From: Methanococcus voltae
Lineage (GTDB): Archaea > AGJL01 > Methanococci > Methanococcales > Methanococcaceae
Assembly: GCF_024807655.1 (NCBI RefSeq)
Contig: NZ_JANUCR010000004.1
Coordinates: 117,282 to 141,281 of the forward strand
Length of the DNA: 24,000 nt
Direction: 5' to 3'
Of this stretch, positions 23,867 through 24,000 are shown one piece after another. The notes under the pieces were generated by a model. The model ran no database searches, was not told the DNA's origin, and worked only from the letters and a program-made list of their open reading frames with translations. Both the position numbers and the translations under genes were made by a program. Position 1 is the stretch's first letter; the number at the start of each line of letters is the position of its first letter.

Positions 23867-24000
23867 TTACGCTAATACTAAGCCCAATTTAATATAATGA
23901 CCTTGACCGGTTCCATCTATCTCATATCTTACTTGCTCGTATTTTTTCGCTTGTTCTGTCGCTAATCTTAACGCTTTTATTTTTAACTCTTCATAATCTT
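23867..24000 (-). CDS. 3' end of a further minus-strand ORF running off the window
   Basis: My own translation is ...DYEELKIKALRLATEQAKKYEQVRYEIDGTGQGHYIKLGLVLA*, with the stop at 23867-23869. The reading frame stays open to the window edge. Confidence 0.4.
   Translation of the reverse strand, partial: DYEELKIKALRLATEQAKKYEQVRYEIDGTGQGHYIKLGLVLA

Overview
The window is AT-rich, compact and looks archaeal. Starts are preceded by GGTG/GGAGG ribosome-binding sites 4-9 nt upstream, there are TTTATATA-type boxes and oligo-T terminators, and secreted proteins are crowded with N-x-S/T sequons. My best guess is a Methanococcales (Methanococcus-like) chromosome; this is inference only. Left to right: (1) 12-1681 (+) is a tightly overlapping three-gene module ending in a minimal P-loop ATPase. 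(2) 1682-3985 (-) is a 767-aa soluble KAP-family P-loop NTPase. (3) 4172-9922 (+) is a cluster of six membrane or secreted proteins: three small multi-TM proteins, one hyper-sequon glycoprotein and two large type-I membrane proteins. (4) 9938-12581 is a CRISPR array of 36 repeats and 35 spacers, transcribed on the minus strand, with a leader of about 0.5 kb. No cas gene occurs anywhere in the window. (5) 13119-15653 (-) is an 844-aa protein with a TPR array plus a DUF2971-like domain, sitting where cas genes normally sit. (6) 15877-21652 is a complete EcoR124-like type I R-M system: hsdR and hsdM on the plus strand and hsdS convergent on the minus strand. hsdS is preceded by a 51-codon AbrB/MazE-like ORF that is absent from the ORF track. 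(7) 21868-21990 is a G+C-rich non-coding island with direct repeats and a hairpin. (8) 22064-24000 (-) is a run of small genes of unknown function that reuse the same intergenic modules. Overall this is an accessory, defence-island-like region. The best candidates for something undescribed are the TPR/DUF2971-like protein beside the cas-less array, the envelope-like membrane-protein cluster and the TM-less KAP NTPase. All family assignments come from motifs read by eye; no database search was possible.
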